NCBI RefSeq assembly: GCF_006345805.1
Contig: NC_043009.1
Span: 70,866,001-70,930,000, forward strand
Direction of reading: 5' to 3'
DNA: 64,000 nt
From: Octopus sinensis
Taxonomy: Eukaryota
A program made the translations under genes and the position numbers. Shown piece after piece: positions 26,196 through 38,777 of the stretch; the first letter of the stretch is position 1; each line of letters starts with the position of its first letter. Below the pieces are notes generated by a model. The model saw nothing but the letters and a program-made list of their open reading frames with translations, was not told the origin of the DNA and did not search any database.

Positions 26196-27124
26196 GTCTG
26201 TGTATGTGTGTGTGTGTGTGGTGTGTGTGTATATATGTATATATATGTGTGTGTGTACATGTGCATATATGTATGACTAAGTTTGTAAACTATATCTACT
26301 TACACACACATGCATATGTGCGCACACACGGAAACGCGTCTCTCTCTCTTTCTCTCCCACTCTCATTATATATATATATGATATATATATAAATATATAC
26401 ACACATATACATATATATATTTGCGTGTGTATGTATATACATAAGATATATATGTGCCACGTGTAAGTATATATGTATAAATATAATATGTTAGTGAAAT
26501 ATTTATGATATAACTACACTGTATTGACGATATATGTTATTCTTATTAGCCGAAAGCCATAAAAGTTATTTTGATCAATTATAAAATTTTAGTTTCTTTG
26601 CTTTGATCATCAATCTCCAAACTAAAGTCAATACAACAAACCTATTCTCATAATATTTCTATTTGCTCTGTTTTTCATCTATCTATGTTTATTCTGATTC
26701 TTGTTATCAACATTGCTTTTGAGCTATTTATTAAATTTCATCTGGCTAAATTTCATAACAAAAATTCTACTCGATTGTTTCAAGGCACTACATTTTAGGG
26801 GTCATTCTTTTGTATAATTGTATACTCTAATTTGAAAGAGAATTGCCTGTTATTTTTAGATTTTCGTCTGATTTTGTAAAGGCCTCCTGCGAAAGTAAAT
26901 ACACTGAGCACGTTCGATCTCAAATCTAAGCATTCAATTGCATACTTGTCTCTCTCTAATAAAATCCCTCACTGCACAAGAAACCAATCGCACCGAAACT
27001 TGCATAAAAATAATGCTTTCCCGTTCTCGTATGGGGTGTCTGCACGACCACAATCTATAATGATTGACTGGGATTAGGGTTGTATGAATGTGAGTCTCTT
27101 CTGGATGTCGACACGCATATGCAA

Positions 27125-27151
27125 ACATATGTATGTATGTATGTATGTATG

Positions 27152-27185
<34 letters not shown>

Positions 27186-27296
27186 TTGTATGTATGTATG
27201 TATGTATGTGTGTATGTATGTGTGTATGTATATATGTATGTATGTATATATGTATGTGTGTATGTATGTATGTATGTATGTATGTATGTATGTATG

Positions 27297-27330
<34 letters not shown>

Positions 27331-27384
27331 TGTATGTATGTGTGTATGTATGTGTGTATGTATATATGTATGTATGTATGTATG

Positions 27385-27418
<34 letters not shown>

Positions 27419-27432
27419 TGTATGTATGTATG

Positions 27433-27466
<34 letters not shown>

Positions 27467-27511
27467 GTGTGTATGTATGTATGTATGCATGTATGTATGT
27501 ATGTATGTATG

Positions 27512-27542
<31 letters not shown>

Positions 27543-27675
27543 ATATGTATGTGTGTATGTATGTATGTATGTATGTATGCATGTATGTATGTATGTATGT
27601 ATGTATGTATGTATGTATGTATGTATGTATGTATGTATGTATGTATGTATGTATGTGTGTATGTGTGTGTGTGTG
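27125..27675. repeat. Long (ATGT)n microsatellite
   Basis: Direct reading; source of several spurious ORFs. Confidence 0.95.
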
Positions 27676-27901
27676 CGTGTTCTTTTATTCTGTTATTCTT
27701 TTATATATTTCAGTCATTTGACTGCGGCCTTACTGGAGCACCGCATTTAGTCGAACAAATCAATTTCAGAACTTATTCTTTGTTAACATAGTACTTATTC
27801 TATCGGTCTCTTGCCAAACAGCTAATTTACGGGGACGTAAACACACCATCATCACACCATCATCGATCGGGAGACAAACACAGGCACACAAACACCTGCA
27901 A

Positions 27902-27966
<65 letters not shown>

Positions 27967-28003
27967 TGTGTGTGTGTATGTGTGTGTGTCTGGGTTGTAC
28001 GCA

Positions 28004-28043
<40 letters not shown>

Positions 28044-28065
28044 ACACACACATATATATATATAT

Positions 28066-28200
28066 ACGACGGGCTTCTTTCAGTTTCCGTCAACCAAATC
28101 AACTCACAAGGCTATTATAGACTCGAGGCTATAGTAGAAGACCCCTGCCTAAGGTTCCATGCAATGGGACTGAATCCGGAGCGATGCGGTTGGGAAGTAG
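28066..28200 (-). mobile_element. SINE, third family (also at ~20447-20515 and ~56990-57075)
   Basis: GACGGGCTTCTTTCAGTTTCCGTC...GAGGCTATAGTAGAAGAC...GGGACTGAATCC is recurrent in the window; tRNA-like B-box on the minus strand. Confidence 0.75.
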
Positions 28201-28204
28201 GCTT

Positions 28205-30110
28205 CTTTATTTCATTATATTGGCCATACAAGGGCTTTACATAGAGATAGAAAGCGGCGGGCTGGACACAGACATATGAAATGAAAAATGAAAATGATGA
28301 TTAACGGTGGGGAGGGGGGAGCGACGCCCGCCGATCGTTCTTTCCCGAGAACATTGATCTTTTATATTTTTCATGAGGCAACAAACCTCTTACACTGTTC
28401 AGAATATTCAATAACAAAATGTGGCGCTAAGCCTCTCACCTTTTATCCCCAAACTAGGAACTTTCAATAACACTGAGGCTTTTCAACCTCTTATCCATAT
28501 TCCTTCCCAGCATCGCTTGTGACCCCCATCCTCCGTCATCACCCACGCCTCATTCAAGCACAAAGCGGGTAACGTGTCGGCGTCGCCCGGCCACACGCGA
28601 TATTCCTCGTTGAGTCCCTCCAGCCTATGCAACACGGGCAACGTTATGACCTCCACAACTATCTGTGGAAACCATTCGGCATCCCGTGTGCAGGCTAAAG
28701 GTACTCCCTTATCCTGCTTTCCCAACACCTTCTCTATCTCTCCGCCTCTGTAAAAGAAGACCAATAATTCATCTTCCTCCGGGGACGAGATAGTCACTTC
28801 TATCGTCGGCGGCACAATTCCCACCGACAGTCTCTCTTCCCCAGCCGGTGGCACAACCCCCACCGACGAGGTTCCGGGACATTTCGGTACCGACTGCCGG
28901 CAATGTTCCGTTTCTCTTTCTCTTCCTCTGTTTTTTCTTCTCAACTGAGGGAGGGGGTTGCGTCTCTTCTGTGACCGGTAGATTTGCCTCCCTTCCCTCA
29001 TCCCTAGGATCCTTCCGTGAGAACCCATTGTTGCTCACCTTCTTCCTCTTGCAGCCCTTCTTTGAGGAGTCCTCCTCCTCCTCGGCCGCCATCGTTCCCT
29101 CTTCTACAGAGGTCCCAACCAACTGCTCCAGGACCTTACTTTGTTCCTAGGGAGAATTTTTATTTATATCGCCAGGCTCCAGGCACCGATGACACCTGGG
29201 GCGGGGGGCACCCTCAAGAATCACCGGGTCCCTGCACTCAGCCATTTTCAAACAACCTGGAAATACCAGATTTTTGGCTGATTGTGTCCACAGGGTCAAA
29301 ACCGCTTTTGACCCCACCCAAGCAGCCGCAGGTAAAATTTTTACATTGAGGAGCTTGGTTCCGCTGCCACCCAGACCCTAGCGGGGTGGCAGTGTCTTCT
29401 ATCCAATCGGGTTCTATTCCGGGTTTGGGTCGGACAATTTCCCACTCCAAAACATTGTCCTTGTTCTTTGCCATGTTTTTCTTTGAACACAAAGTTCAAA
29501 CACAGTTCAGGATAAAAATTTTAAAAAAGAAGAAAAAGAAAGTAGTCAGAAGAAAGTCTCAACAAAAGGAAGGAAGAAAAAAAGAAAACAGTTCAATAAA
29601 AAGAAAGTCACAAATAAAAGATAGAAGAAGTAAAGAAAACAGTCTACAGTTAAAACAAACACAGCAAGCAAAAAATCTTTTGGCCATTAGGTAATCCAGC
29701 CTCACTTGGTACTCCAATTTCAACACGGAACGCCACAACTTGGAACACTGCTTTCACAAGAATTGGTAAAAAAAAGTTGTATCTTCTAAATTCTCACAAT
29801 TTTTGAAAAAAAAAACTATTCACTAAAAGTGAACAAATTTTTGGAAGCGAGATATGTCGCCAAGCACAACAATTCTCACAATTAAGTGAGAAAGACTATT
29901 CACTCAACTGCAGGCAGACCAGAGTTCAGGATCCAGTGAGGACTTCTTGTTGGTAAAAAATAATAATTACGGCAAACAACAAACCGTCACTGGACCCCCA
30001 AAAAAGAAAAGTCTTACCTTACAGTTGAGCTTCTTTTACAGTCAATTCTCGTCTGCTGTAAACCAGCGTAACGACTTCAATCAGTGGTACGAACAAACAA
30101 CATTGACAAC
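28205..30110 (-). mobile_element. ORF1-only Tx1/L1-derived element (HAL1-like), decayed
   Basis: Minus frames contain an eroded zinc knuckle RCHRCLEPGDINKNSP (CX2CX4[H>D]X4[C>S]), a K/R/E-rich linker and an ORF end at 28483. About 270 bp of 3' region with AATAAA follow. No ORF2 motifs seen. Confidence 0.65.
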
Positions 30111-30161
30111 ACGCACGCGCAGGAAGCAAGCTTCTTACCAGACAGCAACGCCTGAATATGC

Positions 30162-30242
<81 letters not shown>

Positions 30243-30429
30243 TATGTATGTATGTATGTATGTATGGATGGATGGATGGATGAATGGATGAATGGATGGA
30301 TGGATAGATGGATGGATGGATGGATGGATGGATAAACGCAATAAGTAATAGAAATAAACAAACTAGGTTTTGAAACTGTGAAAAAATAAAATATGTCCGT
30401 TAGATTCAAAATGTAAAACCAGGAACGTT

Positions 30430-30690
30430 CTCTGCAAATGTAAATTAACCTCTGAGGGTAGAGAATACTTTTATATTGGTGCTTGCTCACTTTATTTTTC
30501 AAACAAAGACTCGCTAATCACCGGAATTCATTTAGTGATAGGAAAAAAATAAATAGTTCAAGTTTTAGTAAACTAATTTGGTCAACTAAAGACAAAAGCA
30601 AGAGCTATTCGCTCCATTGGGAATTAATTAGTACAGCTAAGCCTTATAAAATAAGGGGGAAAATGATGTGACCTCCGCGTAGAGGAGCAT
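30430..30690 (+). mobile_element. GIY-YIG endonuclease fragment of a Penelope-like element
   Basis: CKLTSEGREYFYIGACS and FKQRLANHRNSF...FSKLIWSTKDK...HWELISTAKPY. Confidence 0.8.
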
Positions 30691-31349
30691 TACTAAATAT
30701 TTACTTGAAAATATACATTAATAAGCATGAAAAAATAAGCACTGGAATGCCTACACACACGCAAATGAACTTTTAAACAATGGAGGTGAATACATTGGAC
30801 AATATACAATACTAAAAAAGGAGGAGTGATCAAACAGTCAAAATGAATTGGAACAAACAAAATTACTTGAATGCAAACTCTCTGAACCAAAGTGAGCGAA
30901 ACACAGCTATTGAGAGATAAACTAATAACATTACAAAAACAACAAGCTCAACCTTGACTTACTTTTAGACCAAGTTTCAACCTCCATCAACGCAGAGGTG
31001 AGCTCAAGGTTTGGTTCTTGTAACTATAAATAGCAACATCCCGACTTTCTACAAAATGCTATCTCACAAAAATAATAATAGCAGGATTTGAAGTAATCGG
31101 AATTTCTGCTTCACGTTGGAAATAGTTGAACACTTTGGTGTGATGTTTGATTAGTTTGAAATAGGGAAGGGTATGGAATTCTTCAAGAGAAGAGGCAACT
31201 GGTTATGAAACGGAGACATTTGCTGAGGGAAATGCACTTAATTTGAGGGGTTGTTCTGTTAGAACACACTTTACTGCGAGAGAAGCCAGGCATTAAAAAT
31301 TTGTTCTGAGAGAACATGCACGTTCAAGTGTTATAAATATAAACTCTGT

Positions 31350-31568
31350 GTATTAGTAGCGCCTCTGGGAAATAACAATTACTACCCAAGGACAAATACT
31401 CTCATTCGAAGGTGGAACATTGCCATTGAGACAAACGGTGACTACGTTGAGAGGTAGGGATGTGATCCACAGAAGACTGGCTTCGTTTTGACATATGATA
31501 CATGTTCCTGTGTTGGTAATTATACCTGTCCTAAACAAAATGGCATTACTTTTTGACTCACCCTCGTA
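31350..31568 (+). mobile_element. Tc1/mariner 3' end with right TIR
   Basis: RWNIAIETNGDYVER* is a mariner transposase C-terminus. The terminus reads TACGAGGGTGAGTCAAAAAGTAATGCC on the minus strand. Confidence 0.85.
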
Positions 31569-33144
31569 CAATTGCTGCTTTGTTGAAATACCCTTCGGCT
31601 TACTCTCGATTCCTGGTACAAGTATTTCCTTGTTTGAAATTTCTGAAAATGGTAACTTCTTACCAAACCTTCTCCGTGTATATCGAATATTTCTGCAACT
31701 CAAAAGAAAGGCAATGCGCAAGACCCTCGGGATGTCTGCGAATGTTGGAATGAAGATAGGCAGCTTCAAAAGATGCAACGGCTGCAATCATTTTGATACA
31801 ATATTAATTGCAACGGTGTTCGACAAACCGAGTGCTGGATATTAATATTAAACGGGGCGACGGATTGGGACGATTAGGCAGATACAGGAACGTTTTATTC
31901 GGATAGCATTGGTTACTCTTGGCTGTGGTAGATGTATTTCTGGAGTAAACTGTCCCCAAATCCCTATGGGAATTGTAAAAGCGTCACTAATGTATATATA
32001 GTTATAGCGAGTATGTATGGGTATGTGTAAGTGATATATGGCGAGAATTCAGAAGCCATATGACTTCCAGCCGAAACTTTAAACCGCACAACCATGTCTC
32101 CATCCTCGCACGCTGTCTATTGTACTTGTCCGTCGTGAAATGTTTTAGAAACGAGGTAGGAAACTAGCATATATTAAAGAAATGTTAACAAAAATTTATG
32201 GTGCGTACATTAATGCAATATATGTGTAATTTTAATGACTGTGAGCGGGAATTGAAACATGTTCGATGATATGACTTGATATCGGATTACTCGTCGCTCC
32301 ATTGCACATAGAAGAGAACTGAATTAATGAAAATTCTTTTTTTTTTCTTTTTAGGAAATGTCTTTTGCATAATCCAATATTTCTGCATCAACAATTTTAA
32401 GCTAAGCGTTGTGTTGCCTTATGGTTCCGCGAGATAAAGCTCTGGGAAAGCTCTTTATTAGCCCTACACAGGCAATCGTGTTAATTAATCTCACAGAGAT
32501 AAAAAGTCTGAGGACTTGGATTTCTCTTCATTAATTAGACTAGTTTTGTGGATGTGAGACATTTGATTATTTGCTTTCAGATTTATTCTTAGCCACTGTT
32601 TAAAGTGCCTTGATGTCATTTGGTCTTTGGACAATACTGGATTAAAAATATGATAATGTAAAGGATAATGGTATCCATAATAAACCTACCTTTGTCTTCT
32701 CCAAGCACACCAAATGCGGACAATAAAATATTTATTATGTTAAAGAGGATGAGACTCAAAATACGTTCAGGTAGAGAGGAGCGATTCTGAATAGATTCAC
32801 ATGCTCGCGCCCACAGACTCACACATACGCGCAAGCATGAGTAAACATACAAACATTGATTGTGTATGTGTGTGTGTGTATATATATATATAGAAAGAGA
32901 GAGAGAGAAGGGGAAGACAGAGAGAAAGATAGAGAGACAGAGAGACAGAGATAGAGAGACACACACACAGAAGGAGATATTATTAATCTCTAGTATTGTA
33001 ATGAATACTTTTTCCGAGAATTTAAACTATATTCATATATTACACTTACACATACATACATATGTACACACACGCACACACCCATACAAACACACACACA
33101 CACTTATATGTATATAAATAGTAATAATAATAATGATGATAATG

Positions 33145-33193
<49 letters not shown>

Positions 33194-33240
33194 TAATAAT
33201 AATAATAACTAGAAGGTGGATTTGATATTAATCTTAATTT

Positions 33241-33346
33241 TGTAGCACGGTCGTTTCGACCCAACCTACTACTGTCCCTTTTGGGTGGGACTCCGTTCAA
33301 CATATTGTGTTGCATCCATTTTGCAGTCTGGGTCTCATCAGGTACA
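33241..33346 (-). ncRNA. Type I hammerhead motif with a long branched stem II
   Basis: Reverse complement reads TGTAC-CTGATGA-GACCCA-[~65 nt with internal hairpins]-TGGGTC-GAAA-CG-AC-CG-T-G-CTACA. The cleavage triplet is GTG where GTC is expected. Confidence 0.75.
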
Positions 33347-33483
33347 TCCATACATAAAATTGTGCCTATCTAAAGATCCTGGGTTTTGGTTCTCATGTTG
33401 TTAGGGAATGAAACATTGCTATAAACCTTTCATAATATTATTGTTTATATTTTAATTTTTATTCGAGATTTTATTTGTTTGAT

Positions 33484-33546
<63 letters not shown>

Positions 33547-33560
33547 TATATAAAAATGAA

Positions 33561-33880
33561 GGCGCGTGGCTCAGTGGTTAAAGATTCGAGCTTTCAATTA
33601 GGTAGTGAATTCGATTCCCGGACCGGGCTGTGTGTTCTGTACGTGAACAAGACACTTTATTTCACGTTGCTCCAGTTTAGTCAGCTGTAGAATTGAGTTG
33701 TGATGTCACTGGTGCCAAGCTGTATCGGCATTTGCCTTCCCTTGGTGACGTTGAGTGGGGAGGCTGGAATGCATGAGCAACTACTAGTCTCCCATAAGCA
33801 ACCTTGGCCCGACATGTGCTTCGGACGGTAACATTCTGGGTACAATGCCATGGCCATTCATCTATATAGTTTTCATATTG
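33561..33880 (+). mobile_element. tRNA-headed SINE, second family
   Basis: A-box GGCGCGTGGCTCAGTGGTTAA, B-box GAATTCGATTCCC, body AAGACACTTTATTTCACGTTGCTCCAGTT. Confidence 0.85.
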
Positions 33881-34070
33881 ATTGTGTATCTCATCACTCA
33901 CTGAATATACGCTTTAATATTGTCTGCGAACTACTGGAATGATGCATCACTCTACATATGTATTATCAAGCTGAGTGAAATGGCGAGAGTAACAAACAAG
34001 GAACTAACTTAAGAAATCACCTGAAGAGGTGCATTCTACACCTCGGGTGTAAGATAATGACTATGCAACA

Positions 34071-34118
34071 GCTCACCGATGAACTACATCTATGAGAATG
34101 CATCGAAACAATTGTAGC
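34071..34118 (+). ncRNA. Eroded hammerhead motif with CCGATGA core
   Basis: CCGATGA(34076-82)...CAT/ATG...GAAA(34105-08)-CAATTG-TA. Stems I and II pair only partly. Confidence 0.4.
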
Positions 34119-34489
34119 GATTTTATATAAGGAATGACATTAATTCCATTTTCTGTCATTTGTCTATTTATATAAACTACACAGATACGGTAAAATGTTT
34201 GATGGATATCCAGTAGCTGGAGCAATACAAATGCATTATGACATCGGTAGCCGATAAATGTGGACGAGATTTGCACAACATTCTAACAGGTTTTTACCCG
34301 AATCCCACTCGACTAATATATGTTTATATAAATCATTGTTTCATGAAAAAAAAATACGGAAACTTCGCGGTTGCTGTAGAGCCAATTGCTTGCGGAAGAT
34401 AATTGACAGTGGTATGCGTATATTCGTATGATTCTGCACAGTATATATACATGCATATATGTGTACATGTGTATTTATATGTACACACA

Positions 34490-34605
34490 TACATACACGC
34501 ATACATACATACATACATACATACATACATACATACATACATACATACATACATACATACATACATACATACATACATACATACATACATACATACATAC
34601 ATACA

Positions 34606-34635
<30 letters not shown>
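34490..34635. repeat. (ATAC)n microsatellite
   Basis: Direct reading. Confidence 0.95.
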
Positions 34636-34637
<2 letters not shown>

Positions 34638-34992
34638 AATGCATATATATATATGCGTGTGTGCGTGTGTGTTTGTTTGTTTCTGTGAGTGTGTGTGTTG
34701 TGTCTGTTATGTGTGCTCAATTAATTTTTGTTGCGCATAAATTTTTCTTATATTTTAATCATTAATGAAATGAAACATATGACATCAATTAAAATTTGCA
34801 GGAATTGAAATGATAAATGCTCTGGAATATGTAAAAACTATATTGTTACTTTTCAAATGCGAAGAAAATGAATATACATATATGTATATATACATATATG
34901 TATATATACATACGGGTACACCACATACACAAACGCATAGACAGACAGATATATTTATGTGTGTGTGTGTATGTATGAGTGTATGTATATTT

Positions 34993-35425
34993 CGGGAGAG
35001 GAAATACCTATTTCTTTACTACCCACAAGCGGCTAGACACAGAGGGGACAAACAAGGATAGACAAACAGATTTAGTCGATTATATCGACCCCAGTGCGTA
35101 ACTGGTACTTAATTTATCGACCCCGAAAGGATGAAAGGCAAAGTCGACCTCGGCGGAATTTGAACTCAGAACGTAGCTGCAGAGGAAATACCTATTTCTT
35201 TACTACCCACAAGGAGCTAAACACAGAGGGGACAAACAAGGACAGACAAAGGGATTTAGTCGATTACATGGACCCCAGTGCGTAACTGGTATTTAATTTA
35301 TCGACCCCGAAAGGATGAAAGGCAAAGTCGACCTCGGCGGAATTTGAACTCAGAACGTAACGGCAGACGAAATACGACTACGCATTTCGCTCAGCGTGCT
35401 AACGGTTCTGCCAGCTCGCCGCCTT
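34993..35425 (-). mobile_element. Tandem pair of main-family SINE subfamily copies (same arrangement at ~55455-55852)
   Basis: Two near-identical units GGAAATACCTATTTCTTTACTACCCACAAG...GTCGACCTCGGCGGAATTTGAACTCAGAACGTA. Confidence 0.9.
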
Positions 35426-36765
35426 ATTTTATATTTTAAGAATATTGATTGGTATGTATGCATGTTTGTATGTACATACGTATTTGCATCAATTGAGAGT
35501 CCATGATTGTACAGCTTGTGTGTCTATAGTAAGTTAATTATTATGAAGTATTTTAAACCTCGCGAACTGGAATAACGAATAGAATGCCGCTTCTTAGGGC
35601 AGAAGACTATTTTTATATATTTATGTTATCTGAAAAAAATGTTTGTTAAATATTTCTAGAATGTTTAGAAATCCGATGTATTTTCTCGAGTAGAATTATA
35701 ATAATAAACGAGGCGGAGGGGTAGGGGAACACAAATGTAAACGAGAAATATTATTTTGTTATAAACGTGTTGGGAATTTGCCAAACAAAATCTCCATGTA
35801 ATATAAACTTGGAACCTTAACAAAAATATTTTAGGCAATTCTCAGAAATTATGGTATTGATCTATTGGTAAAACGAATAAGACGTATGGGTGTAAACCAA
35901 TATTTCAAGCTACAATGAGAGGGGTTTGTTTTACAAAATCTAGGATCCATTATGACATAGTGCATTGTGTTAATGCTTTAAGATTAATGCAAATATGAAA
36001 GTAAATTATAGCAGAAGGAATTATATAAAATTAATGAAATAATTATAGACAAAGCAAACATCTTAGAACTGGAAGAAATATTTATAGACAAATGCTTAAT
36101 AAAAATAGAATTAAAACAGAAGGTATATAAAACTAAATTCCTGTTAAGTAAAAAAAATCGAAAAAGTAAAACTTAACAATAAAATGAGTTGAATCGAAAA
36201 AATATTTCGTAAAATCAAAAGTCATGCAACAGCAGCAGAGATTCTTCTTCTTTAAAGTTTGGAGAATTAAGGAGTCAACTCTGTGTTCTTAACGCATAAA
36301 GATTCTTTTAAGTCTCTTTCAGACAAAATTTACATCAAGTGCCGTTCTACGTTTCTATAATCCTTATAATTGTTATAAACACCAATATTTCAATTCATAA
36401 GTAAAAGAATTCCAATTTGATAAGTTTAATTATAAACAGAAAATAAAATACCAATTTCTTAACCGTAGAATTGAATAATAATATGTTAAGTATGTTATAC
36501 TGATAACGTTAATAATATTTAAGCTGGCTAATTACAGATGATATGTGAATCTTAAAAGTTGATAATATCATCCTATTGCTAGTGTGTCTCATGTGCGCAT
36601 TTGCAAAGAAAGAAAATGAGGTAATGACATTTTTGTAGCGGAAGAGAAAAGAATATGTTCAGCTTATGCAGTTTCAATTCTAGATTCTAATTAATAATTT
36701 TATAAAGAGAACATTTTCAGTAATAGTAATAAAGATGCGATTTCAGTGGGCCACTATAACTAGCT

Positions 36766-36833
<68 letters not shown>

Positions 36834-36923
36834 CAATTGCAGCATGGAAGGTGTTTATAAGCCATTTAAGAAACACACAAAAACCGTTCGATTCACTTCA
36901 ACATATAAATTTAATTTGTTAAA

Positions 36924-37034
36924 ATATTTTCGTCGCTTTGAGACCGCGGCCTGTGCACTGACAAAACTTCGTGCTGAGATGCAGTACGGAATATTGTCAG
37001 TGAACAGGTCGCGGTCTCAAAGCACCGAAAATAT
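36924..37034. repeat. ~111-nt near-perfect inverted repeat
   Basis: Arms TATTTTCGTCGCTTTGAGACCGCGGCCTGTGCACTGACAA and TTGTCAGTGAACAGGTCGCGGTCTCAAAGCACCGAAAATA, plus an inner hairpin. Confidence 0.9.
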
Positions 37035-37099
37035 CTTCGTCTTTCGTTTTTCTTGTTTCAGCTCAGAGCTGCGGCCATGCTGATGCACAAATGTTGAAG

Positions 37100-37250
37100 T
37101 GAATCTTTACGTTCTGAGTTCAAATTCCGCCGAGGTCGACTTTGCCTTTCATCCTTTCGCGGTCCATAAATTAAGAATCGGTTGCATACTGGGGTCAATC
37201 TAATCGACTGGCACCCTCCCCTAAAATTTCGGGCCTTGTGTCTAGAGCAG
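37100..37250 (+). mobile_element. Main-family SINE
   Basis: GTTCTGAGTTCAAATTCCGCCGAGGTCGACTTTGCC... Confidence 0.85.
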
Positions 37251-37728
37251 AAATATTTCCTCTTTTCAGTTTCATTTCACATCTATATCATAGGCCATCA
37301 CAACTATGAAATACGTTATCAAATGTTTCATGGAGCATTTTAATATAGATTAGCCCTAGGTTTGCATAGATTAACATGTTCGTGGCATCCCACATGTATG
37401 TATGCATTCACACACTAACACATACACCCACACAGAATTGGCCTCTAGTTGAGGTATCCATATACACTGCAAAGGTATTGATTTTTTTTAAATAAATGGA
37501 AATTTAAATGGAATTTATCACAAAATAACATTGAAAAGATTTCAAAATCATTGAAACTTGAATTAGCACATTTTGTTTGAAGTCTAACCCCCAACGTGTG
37601 TAGGTTCTAAGTTTTCCTTTTGTAGCCATATTTTTAACTAATTAAATTTTCTTGATTTTCTGTGGCTGCCTTTCATTGTTTTCCTCAAGTTAAATTTCAA
37701 TTCATAGAAAAGATACATACGCGTACAA

Positions 37729-37854
<126 letters not shown>

Positions 37855-37874
37855 ATATATATAAATGGAGTTAA

Positions 37875-38640
37875 ACGCAGGTGTTATTCAAATTCTTTTA
37901 CTTCCGACATATGTTTCCAACACAACATTTGTATTATTCCAAAGGAATAAAATTGTGTAAAACAATGTAATTTTTTCACCAGGGAAAGAAAGAAATATAC
38001 AAAACTTATCAATAAGACATTTTAACAGAATGTGATGGATGTGTATAATGATGAACGGAACACCATTAAGTATTTTTTTTTAAACCTGTTGGGGGATATA
38101 ACATCGAAGGTAGCCTATAGAAAGAAAAAGAGTAAAGGAAAGAAATAAGCAGAAAACTAATAAAGGAGAAATATACTAAAATCGTAAAGGCTTGGAAATA
38201 GATATATCTAGTGGAAGTAAATGTTAGTAGAAAATCAATGTTCAAATTATATAGAATGGTAGATGTCAGTTACGTGAACGAAAGGTATGTTTCTGCCAAT
38301 GTTTACATCGATAAGCACGCTCTATAAACGTGTCACACGAAGATTCTTTGAAAAAAGAATAGAAAATAGTTCACTATTACAGAGTTGGCAGAATTCTTTA
38401 CCTTTATCATAAGGGAATGAAATGCAGAGAATCAATCAATCTAAATTAAATTGGTTATTATGGTCTTTTAGATACCAAATTAATTTACTAAGCCCTGTGC
38501 TGTTGCGTTTATTACTATCCCTAAATGTAGAGTAATTGTAAACAGGGGGAAAATATATACATCCATTTATATATATATTCCTGTACCTTATATGGATACC
38601 ATTCTGCCTAAATAATGGAAATGCAGATACAATATCCCTG
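37875..38640 (-). mobile_element. Penelope-like GIY-YIG fragment plus tail (same family as 11.1 kb and 47.5 kb)
   Basis: STFRDSNKRNSTGLSKLIWYLKDHNNQFNLD; the tail aligns by eye with the other two copies. Confidence 0.8.
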
Positions 38641-38730
38641 CATATCTCACGCCTATTTTCATTCCTGCACTTCACTCTCTATTTCATATCTTATCTAGAA
38701 TGACTATTGCTTAACCATTTTTCTCATACC

Positions 38731-38777
38731 GTCTCCGATGAAGGGATATATAAAATATCCCGAAACAGCTGTAAGAC
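38731..38777 (+). ncRNA. Type I hammerhead motif with U4C core (CCGATGA), otherwise fully paired
   Basis: GTCT-CCGATGA-A-GGGATAT-ATAAA-ATATCCC-GAAA-CAGCTG-TA-AGAC. Confidence 0.85.

Noticed and set aside
33561-33630. tRNA genes at the tRNA-like heads (also 17187, 41358, 48790)
   Set aside because: They have A/B boxes but no complete cloverleaf and continue into repeat bodies, so they are SINE heads.
34015-34055. CTGAAGA-GGTG..CACC and, similarly, CTGATGA-GTG..CAC at 41732
   Set aside because: No GAAA follows the helix and there is no stem I/III; these are simple hairpins.
34993-35425. Tandem near-identical units as a CRISPR-like array
   Set aside because: They are adjacent SINE copies in eukaryotic DNA, with no spacer organisation or cas genes.
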